The notes below the pieces were generated by a model. That model was not told where the DNA came from. It worked only from the letters and a program-made list of their open reading frames with translations, and did not search any database. A program made the position numbers and the translations under genes. Positions 39,420-48,946 of a stretch of DNA of 64,000 nucleotides are shown piece by piece. Position 1 is the stretch's first letter; each line of letters starts with the position of its first letter. Source of the DNA: an uncultured virus (IMG/VR IMGVR_UViG_3300046519_000369) (taxonomy: Duplodnaviria; Heunggongvirae; Uroviricota; Caudoviricetes). The stretch lies in the IMG/VR virus record IMGVR_UViG_3300046519_000369. One strand, 5' to 3'.

Positions 39420-39673
39420 GTGGACATATTCCAGATCCACCAGAATATTCTTATGCGGCAGATTCAATCCTTGCAGCCTTTTATACGATTATCAGATCTA
39501 GGCGATATGAGCAGGGCATTCCGTTATCTTTAGATCAGCAGGCTATCAATGTCTATGCTGAGCATAATGATATGCCAGTTGATGCTCATATCTTCAATGA
39601 CTGTATTTTTGCCCTGGATAATCTATTTATTGAAGAGGCTCATAAGAAGATTTCGACTAAACCCAAAAAGTAA
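39338..39673 (+). CDS. Tail chaperone GT extension via -1 frameshift
   Basis: G GGA AAG at 39338-39344; -1 frame open for about 110 codons (KVIELYKYQ...SRRYEQGIPLSL...ALDN) to 39673. Confidence 0.88.
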   Translation, partial: GKVIELYKYQKTYASKTPHEIEQIKFLGGHIPDPPEYSYAADSILAAFYTIIRSRRYEQGIPLSLDQQAINVYAEHNDMPVDAHIFNDCIFALDNLFIEEAHKKISTKPKK

Positions 39674-39921
39674 TAAATAGCTATCTTCGTGATGGCTATT
39701 TTAGTTATTGTGCCACACATACTCTAAAGTCTTCAAAAAACAGTACATGCCAGCTCTATTCAAGCTTTCACAGCATGAATAAACCGAGCAAACTTTAACT
39801 AGAGATTTTGATACTGTAATTAATTTCTACAAAAAACTTTTGTCGTTAATTGCGGTTGAAATCATTTATAATTTAATCACTTTCTATACTTTCAAATAAA
39901 TATTTTAATACTTGGATCAAT

Positions 39922-40560
39922 ATGAAAATTCTCTTAAAAGTTTTATTAAGTTTATCGTTCTGTTTTGCGCTTAATGTTTCTGCTAGTGATCCTAATAATT
40001 TAATCGAAGTAATGCCTCCAAATTTACAATGGAAGCAAATCCCTAAAATTAATATTAGTGATCAGGAACTTCAAGGATATGACAGAGAGGTTGTTGTAGG
40101 TTTTTTAGCGAATGAAAAGGGTAAAGTAATAGATACGACAATCATTAAAAGTAGTGGTATTGAATCTCTAGATAGAAAAAGCTTAAAAGCCATGAAGAAT
40201 GCTAGCTTTTACCCTTATCAAGAAAATGGTTTTTATGTTGGATTTTATGGTAAGCAGCCATTCAGTTTTGATGTTTCTAGAAAACCAAAATTTGCAGTTT
40301 TTCCTGAGATTGAGGTGAATAAAGATGATCTTAAAGGGCAAATCAGATATATGAGTATTTATTCAGAAGCAGATGATAGTGGCAATATCACAGTTGCAAA
40401 GATTCAAAAAAGTACTGGCTTACAAGAATTAGATAATTTTGTTTTAGATGAATTCCTTAAAAAAGCAAAATTTTTTCCTCTGATAATTAACGGCAAACCT
40501 TATCCGATTAGTGATACTACAAATTTAACATTAACTAAATTTTTTACCCATCACTATTAA
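39922..40560 (+). CDS. Exported protein with two TonB C-terminal-like domains
   Basis: Two ..G....I.KS(S/T)G...LD repeats; signal peptide. Confidence 0.75.
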   Translation: MKILLKVLLSLSFCFALNVSASDPNNLIEVMPPNLQWKQIPKINISDQELQGYDREVVVGFLANEKGKVIDTTIIKSSGIESLDRKSLKAMKNASFYPYQENGFYVGFYGKQPFSFDVSRKPKFAVFPEIEVNKDDLKGQIRYMSIYSEADDSGNITVAKIQKSTGLQELDNFVLDEFLKKAKFFPLIINGKPYPISDTTNLTLTKFFTHHY

Positions 40561-40651
40561 ACTATCATTAATTTAAAAACCACCTTTGGGTGGTTTTTCT
40601 TTATGTGACAATTAGTAACCACTTTGTTAAAGTTAGTACATTTTATAACAA

Positions 40652-41224
40652 ATGGTGAAAAACTTGAAAAAAATATTATTTTTAAGTGTTCTTTTGGGTT
40701 TGATCGGCTGTAGTAACAGTGATAATGCTAAAAAAGCCTCAAGCGTTAGTAGCAATACAAATGACTCAAGTCTTGAATCTCAAACAGGGAAATGGCGAAC
40801 TGTAGTTAGCAAAGATGAAATGCGGAACACAGAGTCTAAGTGGCTTGCTTTGCGTTCTGAGAATAATGCTGATCTAAACTTTCCTTATGACGGGGAGAAT
40901 AAACTCCAATTTGATATTCTTGACTCTAAATCAGATGACCCAAAAATATTTCTAACAATAGATAAAGGCCAGTATGACTGTAATGATTACTGTTATACAG
41001 CAGTTAAGTTTGGAAATAGCCCAATTCAATATCTTAATTTCCAAAAATATGAGACATCTGGTAGTGATGGCACTATATTAATTTTTACTGAAAATTCTAA
41101 AGCTTTTTTAGACAATATTCGAAAAGTTAATTCACTAATGGTTGAGCTACCTTTTTATTCGAATGGAACTCGTCAATTCAAGTTTGATACTTCAAAGTTT
41201 AATAATGCAGAGAAAGTGATTTAA
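40652..41224 (+). CDS. Lipoprotein moron
   Basis: LIGC lipobox; W....KDEM motif. Confidence 0.8.
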   Translation: MVKNLKKILFLSVLLGLIGCSNSDNAKKASSVSSNTNDSSLESQTGKWRTVVSKDEMRNTESKWLALRSENNADLNFPYDGENKLQFDILDSKSDDPKIFLTIDKGQYDCNDYCYTAVKFGNSPIQYLNFQKYETSGSDGTILIFTENSKAFLDNIRKVNSLMVELPFYSNGTRQFKFDTSKFNNAEKVI

Positions 41225-41226
41225 CT

Positions 41227-41763
41227 ATGTCTAAGGTATATAAATTCATTGTGGTATTAGTTGGTTTTGTTGCTATCGTTTTTTCACTAAATTATTACAT
41301 GCTTCAAAGGCATATGAATACAGTATTGTTAGAGGATCCTAGAAATAAAGGGGTTAAAGTCTGGGTTCACTATAAGTGGTTTATTAATCCGACAGAGCTT
41401 AAATATGATTTGCGGGATGTATCAGGGAAAAATAGCCCATTAGATGTAAACAGGGTTCTACTACAATTTGCTGAGAAAATAAAAGATAAGGAATTTAACA
41501 AAGTTTATCTTGGTTTTAGAGGGGATGATAAGTTCTTTCTGAAAGGAGAGTATTTCCAGACACTTGGAAAAGAGTATGAGTTTCAAAATCCTGTTTATAC
41601 CCTAAGAACCATGCCAGAGAATGTTTATATGTTAGATGGTGAGCATGCTTATGGTATATGGGAAGGTGGTTTGTTGGGTGTAATGGGTAAGCAGATGGAA
41701 GACTTAAATACTTTTGCAAAGGACTGGTATTTGGATGATATTGTTAAAAGTTTAGATAATTAA
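41227..41763 (+). CDS. Membrane-anchored moron protein
   Basis: N-terminal TM; coupled to upstream gene. Confidence 0.75.
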   Translation: MSKVYKFIVVLVGFVAIVFSLNYYMLQRHMNTVLLEDPRNKGVKVWVHYKWFINPTELKYDLRDVSGKNSPLDVNRVLLQFAEKIKDKEFNKVYLGFRGDDKFFLKGEYFQTLGKEYEFQNPVYTLRTMPENVYMLDGEHAYGIWEGGLLGVMGKQMEDLNTFAKDWYLDDIVKSLDN

Positions 41764-41789
41764 AGCGCCTCTTAAGTGAGCTAATTAAT

Positions 41790-42332
41790 ATGAAAAAGAT
41801 TATTTTATTGAGTTTGGTTTTAGGTGTAGTGGGGGTGAACGGTTGCTCAAAGGTGGAAAAAGAGTCCAAAGAAGCTGTCTTAAACACTTTAAAAGATCCA
41901 GATTCAGCACAATTCCAAAATATAAAAGGATATTGTGGAGAAGTAAATTCAAAGAATAGCTATGGAGGTTATGTTGGCTTTAAGAAATATGTAACCATTG
42001 AGGGTGCAGTCTTATTGGAGGACTCAGAGGGTATTGATCCAGAAACATTTGCAATAATTTGGGAAGCACACTGTACTCCGAATAAGTTATCTGTAAAAGA
42101 TCGCAGTAATTGTGTCAAGGATGCATACAATCAGTCCCTCATAATGGATGCAAGGCTTAAAGGGGTTTTCAAAGAAAGTTTAAGGACTGAAATACTAACA
42201 GACAAAAATGCATCAAAAGCAGAAATTGAAGAAGGCTTAAAAGATATCGATCGTGCATATAACAGTAATTTCAAGGATAAGGGATTGTATGCACAGGATG
42301 TTGTTGCTAAATGTGTGAAATTGATTGATTAG
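41790..42332 (+). CDS. Lipoprotein moron
   Basis: LKDPDSAQF..CGEVNSKNSYGGYVG motif. Confidence 0.8.
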   Translation: MKKIILLSLVLGVVGVNGCSKVEKESKEAVLNTLKDPDSAQFQNIKGYCGEVNSKNSYGGYVGFKKYVTIEGAVLLEDSEGIDPETFAIIWEAHCTPNKLSVKDRSNCVKDAYNQSLIMDARLKGVFKESLRTEILTDKNASKAEIEEGLKDIDRAYNSNFKDKGLYAQDVVAKCVKLID

Positions 42333-42468
42333 TGAATGGATTTAAAAGCACTTGGGCAACGATTTGCAGCAAGACTAAATTTGTTTAACTGTCCAGCTTA
42401 GTAAATATATTTAACTTAAATAGACCCACTCAATGAGTGGGTTTTTTTATTGCCTGGAGAAAAGTAAA

Positions 42469-45400
42469 ATGGCACAAGAATCCCGTCTGGTCATTGTTAT
42501 TGATTCACAGAATGCTGAACGTAATGTCAAAGCCTTAGCAGAAGAATTGTCAAAATTTACTGATCGAGGTGATTCCGCATCTAACTCATCGAAAGATATG
42601 GGGAAACAGCTTTCTGTTACTAATAACATTGTTCAAAACTTTAATACCACAGTTAATAATTCCAATACGTCTGTTCAAAAATCGGTTGAAGTGACTAAAC
42701 AAGCAACTCAACAAAATCATAAATTTGCTCAAGAAATTAAAGCTACAACCAATGAGCTGGATAAACAGGATAAAGCGGCTAACTTATTCGGTACGTCAAT
42801 TAAAGCTTTGGCTGGATATATGGCAGGCTTGGCTACGGTCAATGCTGCAATTGGTCAAATAGATGCTTATACAGGACTACAAAACCGTTTAAAGCTAGTT
42901 ACAAAAGACCAGACGGAGTTAAATAAGGCGACTGAAGATACATTCAGGATTGCTCAAAATACCTATTCAGCCTGGGATTCTGTTTTACAGGTTTATCAAA
43001 GATTTAGTGATAATGCTAAATCTTTAAATCTAACAATGGATGATACAGCGCGTTTAACTGAAACTGTTTCAAAAGCTGTGGCGATTAGTGGCGCGAGTGC
43101 TTCTGCGGCAGATGCTGCTTTAGTTCAGTTCGGACAAGCCTTAGCGAGTGGTACCTTACGTGGTGAGGAACTGAACTCTGTCATGGAGCAAACTCCAGCT
43201 TTAGCAAAGGCTATTGCTCAGGGCATGGGAATTACTGTAGGTGAGTTACGTACAGTTGCTGCTGAAGGAAAAATTACATCGCAAGAAATTGTGAAAGCCT
43301 TAAGAAATGTAGAGTCTGATGTAGATGCTTTATTTGGTAAAACAGATATTACGATCAGCCAGTCATTAACTCTTCTTAATAATGAGATTACTAAATTTGT
43401 CGGTGAAGCTAGCCAGGGAAGCGGAGCAGCTCAAGTATTATCTGGATCAATTAAGGTTCTAGCCGAAAATTTAGAATCAATCTCTTATGTAGCTATTCTG
43501 GGCGGTACAGCATTACTAACCAAAGCAATCGCAACACAAGTATCTGCTTTAAATACCAAAGTAGGGTCCTTAGTTGCTGACAATGCCGCATCACAATTGC
43601 AAAAGCAAAAGGCAATCGAAAGCGCAAAAGCAGCATTGGCTGAAGCGGAAGCGCATTTAGTTAATGTGCGAGCAACAAATGCCGAAACCCAAGCCAGATT
43701 TGGAGCAAGTGCAGCTAGTGCCAGATATGTACTTGCAGCCAATAGTGTAGAGAACGCTACGAAAGCCGTTACTTTAGCCCAAGGCAAAAGTGCTTCAATG
43801 GCAGGATTAGTAAGCGGTGCATGGGGATTGATTGGTGGTCCAATCGGAGCAATCACTTTAGGGGTGACTGCTTTGGCTGCTACTTATATGTATTTCTCAA
43901 GTAAATCCGCTGAAGCCACAGCAAAGCTTAAAGAGCAAGCCGAAGCTGCAAAGCTGACAAAGGAAGAAATTAAAGCCCTTAATGATGAACAGCGCAAAGA
44001 AAAATTAGGTGATTTAGCTGCGACAATTGAAGATCAAAACAAGGCATTAGAACGTCAAGAATTGGCAGTCGGGTCTGCATTGATCAATATCCAGAACTAT
44101 GCAGTGGGTAATGCAAAAGTTGCTGAAATTTCAAATAATGCACGGCTTGGTACCATTTCATATACAGAGGCGATTGAGCAATTAAAGAGTCAAAAAATTC
44201 CTGCTGATTTAATGGATGCATTGCTTAAACAAGTGAATGCCTACGATGAAGCAGCTGAAACTGCTGCCAAGACCAAGCAAACATATAGCTTATTTGGTGT
44301 CGAAGTTACTCTTGCAGGAAATAAAGCTGAAAATGCCATTGTCGGAGTTGATAAGAATACCAAGTCCTTAAATGAAAATGAGAGAGCGGCATTAGCAGCA
44401 AAAAATGCACAAAAGCAATATGCCGATTCACTGGCAGATCGTAAATTTGAAGCATTAGTTACCAAAGGTTTACTTGCCAAGGGCTACTCACCTGAACAAG
44501 TGAAGCAAATGGTAGAAACTGCAAGCTGGGCGCGGAAAAGCGGGGTAGAAGTTTCTAATGAGTTATATCAGATAGGTTTGCAGACTCTTTCAATAGAGGA
44601 ACAAAACAAGAATGTAATTGATGCCAAGAATAAAGCATTAAAGGAAACAACTAATGAACTAACTAAGCAGCAAAAACTTTCTAAACGCCTAGTTGGTGTT
44701 TCTGGTCAATCTGGTATTGGTACAGGCCCTCATCTTGATGTTCGTTATGGTGGTTCAATGTCTGGCCAGAAAGTCTCTAACGAGCATCTGGCCAGATTGC
44801 AGGCAGGTGGCAAACCTCTATCCAATTATAAGATCAGTTCAAATTATGGTCCACGAAAAGCCCCTACCAAAGGGGCTTCTTCATTTCATAAGGGTATTGA
44901 TTTTTCGATGCCAGAAGGTACACCAATCACAACTAATGTTGCAGTGAAAGACATTAAGACCCATTACGATAGCAAAGGTGGCGGTTATGTCAGTGAAGTG
45001 ATCTTTGAGGATGGTGTGTCACTCAAGCTTCTTCACCAGTCACCGAGCATGCAAAGCAAGGTTAAAGGTGGGGCAAGTAAAGGAAGTGATAAAGCTTCAG
45101 GTGATATTCAATCACAACTTGATCGTCAGCAGGACCTTCAGCGGTCACTAGAAAATGAAGTGGCCACCGAAGTAGAGCGAATTAACAATAACAGAAAGAC
45201 AAGGTTAGAGGAGGTCGACAAAGCAGGCTTTACACCTGAACGTACAGCCGAAATAAAGGCTGAATTAAATCGCCGTGCTGATAATGATATTGCGATCGCC
45301 AAACAAGCTATTAGAAGCAAACTAGAGGACTATAAGGAGTTCCAGAAAACTGAGGAACAGTTACTTGAAGAGAGCTTTAACCGTAAAAAGTTCAATGCAG

Positions 45401-47160
45401 CTCATGATATTGAATTAAGTAAATCTGAACAGAAACAGGCCGTTGAGTTAGTCAAAGAACAATATAATCAAGAACTCGCGCTTATGCAGTTGGCCCAAGA
45501 ACAAAGAGCATTTCAAGCCCGATTATCTCTGCTTTCCGAAACTCAAGCCATGCAGGAACGCTATAGACTCGAACGGGAGGAGATTCTTAAGAATACAAAG
45601 CTTTCTATTGAAGAGCGTCAAAAGCTAATCGCATTATCTAAAGCCACTCAGGACAAAGAAACACGCGACAAAGTGAATAATGCTGTTCAAAACTGGGGCG
45701 GTATTCAGGCTGATATTAATGGTACCAGTGAGTTCTATAGACAGGATCAGGAACGGTTTAGCCGCTTGGGTGCTGCAAATGATTTGGCTGATAACCAATA
45801 TGCAGCAGCTGATTTAGACGAACAAAACAGTCTGGATGGCTTGAATGCACAAATGGAAGCTGGATTAATTCAGCAACAGGACTTTGAAAATCAGAAGACT
45901 GCCATTATTCAAGCTGCTCAAGAGCAAAGGAGTCAAATTTACAACGAATATGCCCAGAACACTAAGGACGTTGAAGACAAGTATCAACAAGATAGATTAA
46001 ACGCTCAGATTGCGCTTGGTGGGCAAATGATGGGTTCAGTCACATCTATGTTCGGTTCTATGTTTGGTGAGCAATCTAAAGCCTACAAACTTATGTTTGC
46101 TGCCGATAAAGCTTATGCAATTGCTGCGGCAGGTATTGCCATTCAGCAGAATATTGCAGCAGCTGCAAAGGTTGGTTTTCCTTACAACTTACCTCTGATT
46201 GCTGGGGCGGTTGCACAAGGCGCTAGCATTATCGCCAACATCCGTGCAATTAAGGATCAAGGCTTTGCTGAAGGTGGTTACACTGGATCTGGTGGTAAGT
46301 ATGAAGCTGCGGGTATTGTCCATAAAGGCGAGGTGGTCTGGTCACAGGACGACATCCGCCGTTGGGGTGGTGTTGGTTTAGTTGAGAATATGCGTAAGAG
46401 CTCAGGTCCTGAAGCATTTATCAATAATCATGCACAAAACAACACTTCAACAGAGAATGTCTTTAATCGTTCTTTCTTAAGCTCAAAAGCTTTTAATGAT
46501 AGTCAAACGATCTCGAATATTTTTAATCAACCTACTCGAGAGAATCAGATTATTGTTAAAGCCCTTAAGCCAAGCAATAGCACAGTGTCAAAATCAGGAG
46601 ATGTTCAGAACATTACTAACTATTCTCAAAGCAATCCTACTTTTGAAAACATCATGAACCGGGCTAATCAGAGTTCACGAGCATTTAATCAAAATAGAGA
46701 TATCTCGAACATCTTTAATCAGTCTCATCAAGATGATCAGATTATCTATAAAGGTAATGCAAGTTCTACTAATCCAACTGCTTCTGCAAACTCAGATCTA
46801 TACCATGACGGAAAAGTCTACTTCTCATCAAATGGTTTAGTTCAGGATCGATCAAATCTGGATGATGTGCAGGACTTTACCTTAGGGCAATCTACACGCC
46901 CTCAGGCTGAGATTATGCCTTCAATTGAGTCAGCTGCTCCGACGATCAATTTCAAGATTGAAGTTGTGAATCAGGTAAGTGGAGCAACAGTTGAAGCTGA
47001 ACAACTGGATGAAAAAACTGTGCGGATTATCGTGAAAGAAGAGCTGGATAAACAACTTCCAAAAGCGGTACCAAGATTAGTAAGCGAGGATATTAAAAAT
47101 CCAAACTCTTTAATTAGCCGCTCTCTGACTGAGAATACGACTACAAGACGGAACCGTTAA
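42469..47160 (+). CDS. Tape measure protein with internal M23-like domain
   Basis: QFGQALASGTLRGEELNSVMEQ; GGYTG.GGKYE.AG.VH.GE; HKGIDF. Confidence 0.95.
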   Translation: MAQESRLVIVIDSQNAERNVKALAEELSKFTDRGDSASNSSKDMGKQLSVTNNIVQNFNTTVNNSNTSVQKSVEVTKQATQQNHKFAQEIKATTNELDKQDKAANLFGTSIKALAGYMAGLATVNAAIGQIDAYTGLQNRLKLVTKDQTELNKATEDTFRIAQNTYSAWDSVLQVYQRFSDNAKSLNLTMDDTARLTETVSKAVAISGASASAADAALVQFGQALASGTLRGEELNSVMEQTPALAKAIAQGMGITVGELRTVAAEGKITSQEIVKALRNVESDVDALFGKTDITISQSLTLLNNEITKFVGEASQGSGAAQVLSGSIKVLAENLESISYVAILGGTALLTKAIATQVSALNTKVGSLVADNAASQLQKQKAIESAKAALAEAEAHLVNVRATNAETQARFGASAASARYVLAANSVENATKAVTLAQGKSASMAGLVSGAWGLIGGPIGAITLGVTALAATYMYFSSKSAEATAKLKEQAEAAKLTKEEIKALNDEQRKEKLGDLAATIEDQNKALERQELAVGSALINIQNYAVGNAKVAEISNNARLGTISYTEAIEQLKSQKIPADLMDALLKQVNAYDEAAETAAKTKQTYSLFGVEVTLAGNKAENAIVGVDKNTKSLNENERAALAAKNAQKQYADSLADRKFEALVTKGLLAKGYSPEQVKQMVETASWARKSGVEVSNELYQIGLQTLSIEEQNKNVIDAKNKALKETTNELTKQQKLSKRLVGVSGQSGIGTGPHLDVRYGGSMSGQKVSNEHLARLQAGGKPLSNYKISSNYGPRKAPTKGASSFHKGIDFSMPEGTPITTNVAVKDIKTHYDSKGGGYVSEVIFEDGVSLKLLHQSPSMQSKVKGGASKGSDKASGDIQSQLDRQQDLQRSLENEVATEVERINNNRKTRLEEVDKAGFTPERTAEIKAELNRRADNDIAIAKQAIRSKLEDYKEFQKTEEQLLEESFNRKKFNAAHDIELSKSEQKQAVELVKEQYNQELALMQLAQEQRAFQARLSLLSETQAMQERYRLEREEILKNTKLSIEERQKLIALSKATQDKETRDKVNNAVQNWGGIQADINGTSEFYRQDQERFSRLGAANDLADNQYAAADLDEQNSLDGLNAQMEAGLIQQQDFENQKTAIIQAAQEQRSQIYNEYAQNTKDVEDKYQQDRLNAQIALGGQMMGSVTSMFGSMFGEQSKAYKLMFAADKAYAIAAAGIAIQQNIAAAAKVGFPYNLPLIAGAVAQGASIIANIRAIKDQGFAEGGYTGSGGKYEAAGIVHKGEVVWSQDDIRRWGGVGLVENMRKSSGPEAFINNHAQNNTSTENVFNRSFLSSKAFNDSQTISNIFNQPTRENQIIVKALKPSNSTVSKSGDVQNITNYSQSNPTFENIMNRANQSSRAFNQNRDISNIFNQSHQDDQIIYKGNASSTNPTASANSDLYHDGKVYFSSNGLVQDRSNLDDVQDFTLGQSTRPQAEIMPSIESAAPTINFKIEVVNQVSGATVEAEQLDEKTVRIIVKEELDKQLPKAVPRLVSEDIKNPNSLISRSLTENTTTRRNR

Positions 47161-47461
47161 TTTAGAAGCACACGTATAAGAGAGGATAATGTTAATGATG
47201 TGTAACTAAAACCTTTTAAAGTTAAAGGTATAAGGACAGGAGAGCTGTTGACACCACAGTACCTACTTATCTTTTTTCAATCTTAGAAGCTACATACAAT
47301 AAAAGAGCTGCCCAAGGGTGGCTCTTTTTAATTTCATGGAAACCGGGCCGGAGGAAATTCCGAACTATATTTTCTATGATCAGAAAAGCAAAAACCCCAG
47401 TGTTGGCGCACTGAGGTTTTCAATTCAACTCAACCAGCGAAAGTTAAGGAGAAATCTCTAT

Positions 47462-47623
47462 ATGACAAATCATACATCAAAATCACAATTAAAGGTAGAT
47501 GGAAAAATGAGCGAATCTGGTGCTGATTATGCAGGAAAAATACAAAGCTATGCTGTGCTTATTGTAGCTATATCAATTTTGATAAGTGCAATAGGCGGTT
47601 TAGCATGGCTATTCTGTAGATAG
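47462..47623 (+). CDS. Small single-TM peptide (53 aa), candidate type I toxin
   Basis: AAGGAG RBS; MTNHTSKSQLKVDGKMSESGADYAG..TM; paralog of 29258. Confidence 0.72.
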   Translation: MTNHTSKSQLKVDGKMSESGADYAGKIQSYAVLIVAISILISAIGGLAWLFCR

Positions 47624-47682
47624 ATAGTTTTTATCTTTTGGTACCGCCCCTCGGGCGGTTTTTTATTGCCTGAAGGAAAGTT

Positions 47683-48081
47683 ATGTACAAGTTAAAGCTA
47701 AATCCTCAAACAAATGGCTATGGCGTAACACCAGGTGATGATGTAAAGCGTCAGCAAATGGATGGAGGGCGTGGACGCTATTACATCGATGTGAAGCGGA
47801 ATAGCCATATTGTCGATGTGAACTGGAATTTAAGTAAAACCGATTTCAATAAAATGATGGCTTTCTGGCGTGTTTACCAAAGCAAGCCAGCATCATTTTA
47901 TGCGGATCTGGTGATTGACCAGGGAACGCGCCAGCAATACCAATGTAACTTCATTCCCAACTCATTCAAAACTAATGAAGTGAATGGAAACCTTTACCGG
48001 GTAACTGCTCAATTAGAGGTTATCCAAAACCAACCAAACGCTACTGCTGATCAGGCACTTATTAGTGATTGGGTGGTGTAA
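47683..48081 (+). CDS. Distal tail protein
   Basis: Position after tape measure. Confidence 0.75.
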   Translation: MYKLKLNPQTNGYGVTPGDDVKRQQMDGGRGRYYIDVKRNSHIVDVNWNLSKTDFNKMMAFWRVYQSKPASFYADLVIDQGTRQQYQCNFIPNSFKTNEVNGNLYRVTAQLEVIQNQPNATADQALISDWVV

Positions 48082-48587
48082 TGAATAACGAATACGCCAA
48101 GTTCTTTCTCAATCGCAAAGTTGATATCTATCAACTTGAATGTATTGAGTTATCACATCCATCTTTTCTAAATACTTATCGGGTTGTTCGTAATGATGAT
48201 CGAGGTGTCTATGTACAACATAAAGAAGGGGCCGGCCAGTTCTACTATGAATATTTGCCATTAACGATTCAAAGATCCGGAATGTTAGGTGATCTGGACC
48301 AGACTTTAACTGTCTCAGTTTCTGGTCTTGGAGATATATTGCCGGATGAGTTTGAGCGAGTTTTAGAAGGCCAATTTGCGGATGTGAAACCTACTGTCAA
48401 TTACCGTCTTTATAGTTCAGATAACTTGAATACACCAATCCATTATTTGCTAGGCCTTCAACTTGCGGGTGTTTCAATGAACCATAAAGCTGTGACATTC
48501 AAGGCTGAATCCCCTCGTTTAAATACTTCCAAAACTGGTGACATCTTTTCATTAGATCGGTTTAGTGGATTAAAGGGGGCTGTATGA
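48081..48587 (+). CDS. Minor tail protein (DUF1833-like)
   Basis: IELSHP motif; position. Confidence 0.75.
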   Translation: MNNEYAKFFLNRKVDIYQLECIELSHPSFLNTYRVVRNDDRGVYVQHKEGAGQFYYEYLPLTIQRSGMLGDLDQTLTVSVSGLGDILPDEFERVLEGQFADVKPTVNYRLYSSDNLNTPIHYLLGLQLAGVSMNHKAVTFKAESPRLNTSKTGDIFSLDRFSGLKGAV

Positions 48588-48946
48588 AAAGTCATGATCA
48601 TTTGCTTGATAAGCAATACGACGAAGAACACTACAACTGTGTTCACTTTGCACATGAAGCCGCTCTAGATCTATACGGAGTCGACCGGAGTGAAGCTTTG
48701 GATTTGTTCATGCAACCTAAAGGCCATATCGAATTTAAAGTCTCACGATTAAAACTCTTAAATCCGCTGCCCATGCCCAAGGAAGGCTGCATAGTCGCCT
48801 TCCACCCGAGACAAAAAAATAAGCCCCCGCATGTGGGGCTTTTTCGTGGGCAAAAGATTCTGCATCTCATGGAAAGCGGAGTCACTTATTTAGCTGAAGA
48901 CGTCATTAAAGCAATGGGGTTTAGTCGGGTCAGTTACTATGATTAA
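48584..48946 (+). CDS. NlpC/P60-like tail tip protein
   Basis: YNCVHF, HVG, LH. Confidence 0.8.
   Translation: MKSHDHLLDKQYDEEHYNCVHFAHEAALDLYGVDRSEALDLFMQPKGHIEFKVSRLKLLNPLPMPKEGCIVAFHPRQKNKPPHVGLFRGQKILHLMESGVTYLAEDVIKAMGFSRVSYYD

Noticed and set aside
47318..47461. N-terminal extension of the 101-aa ORF
   Set aside because: Starts inside a terminator; the RBS and the paralog support 47462.
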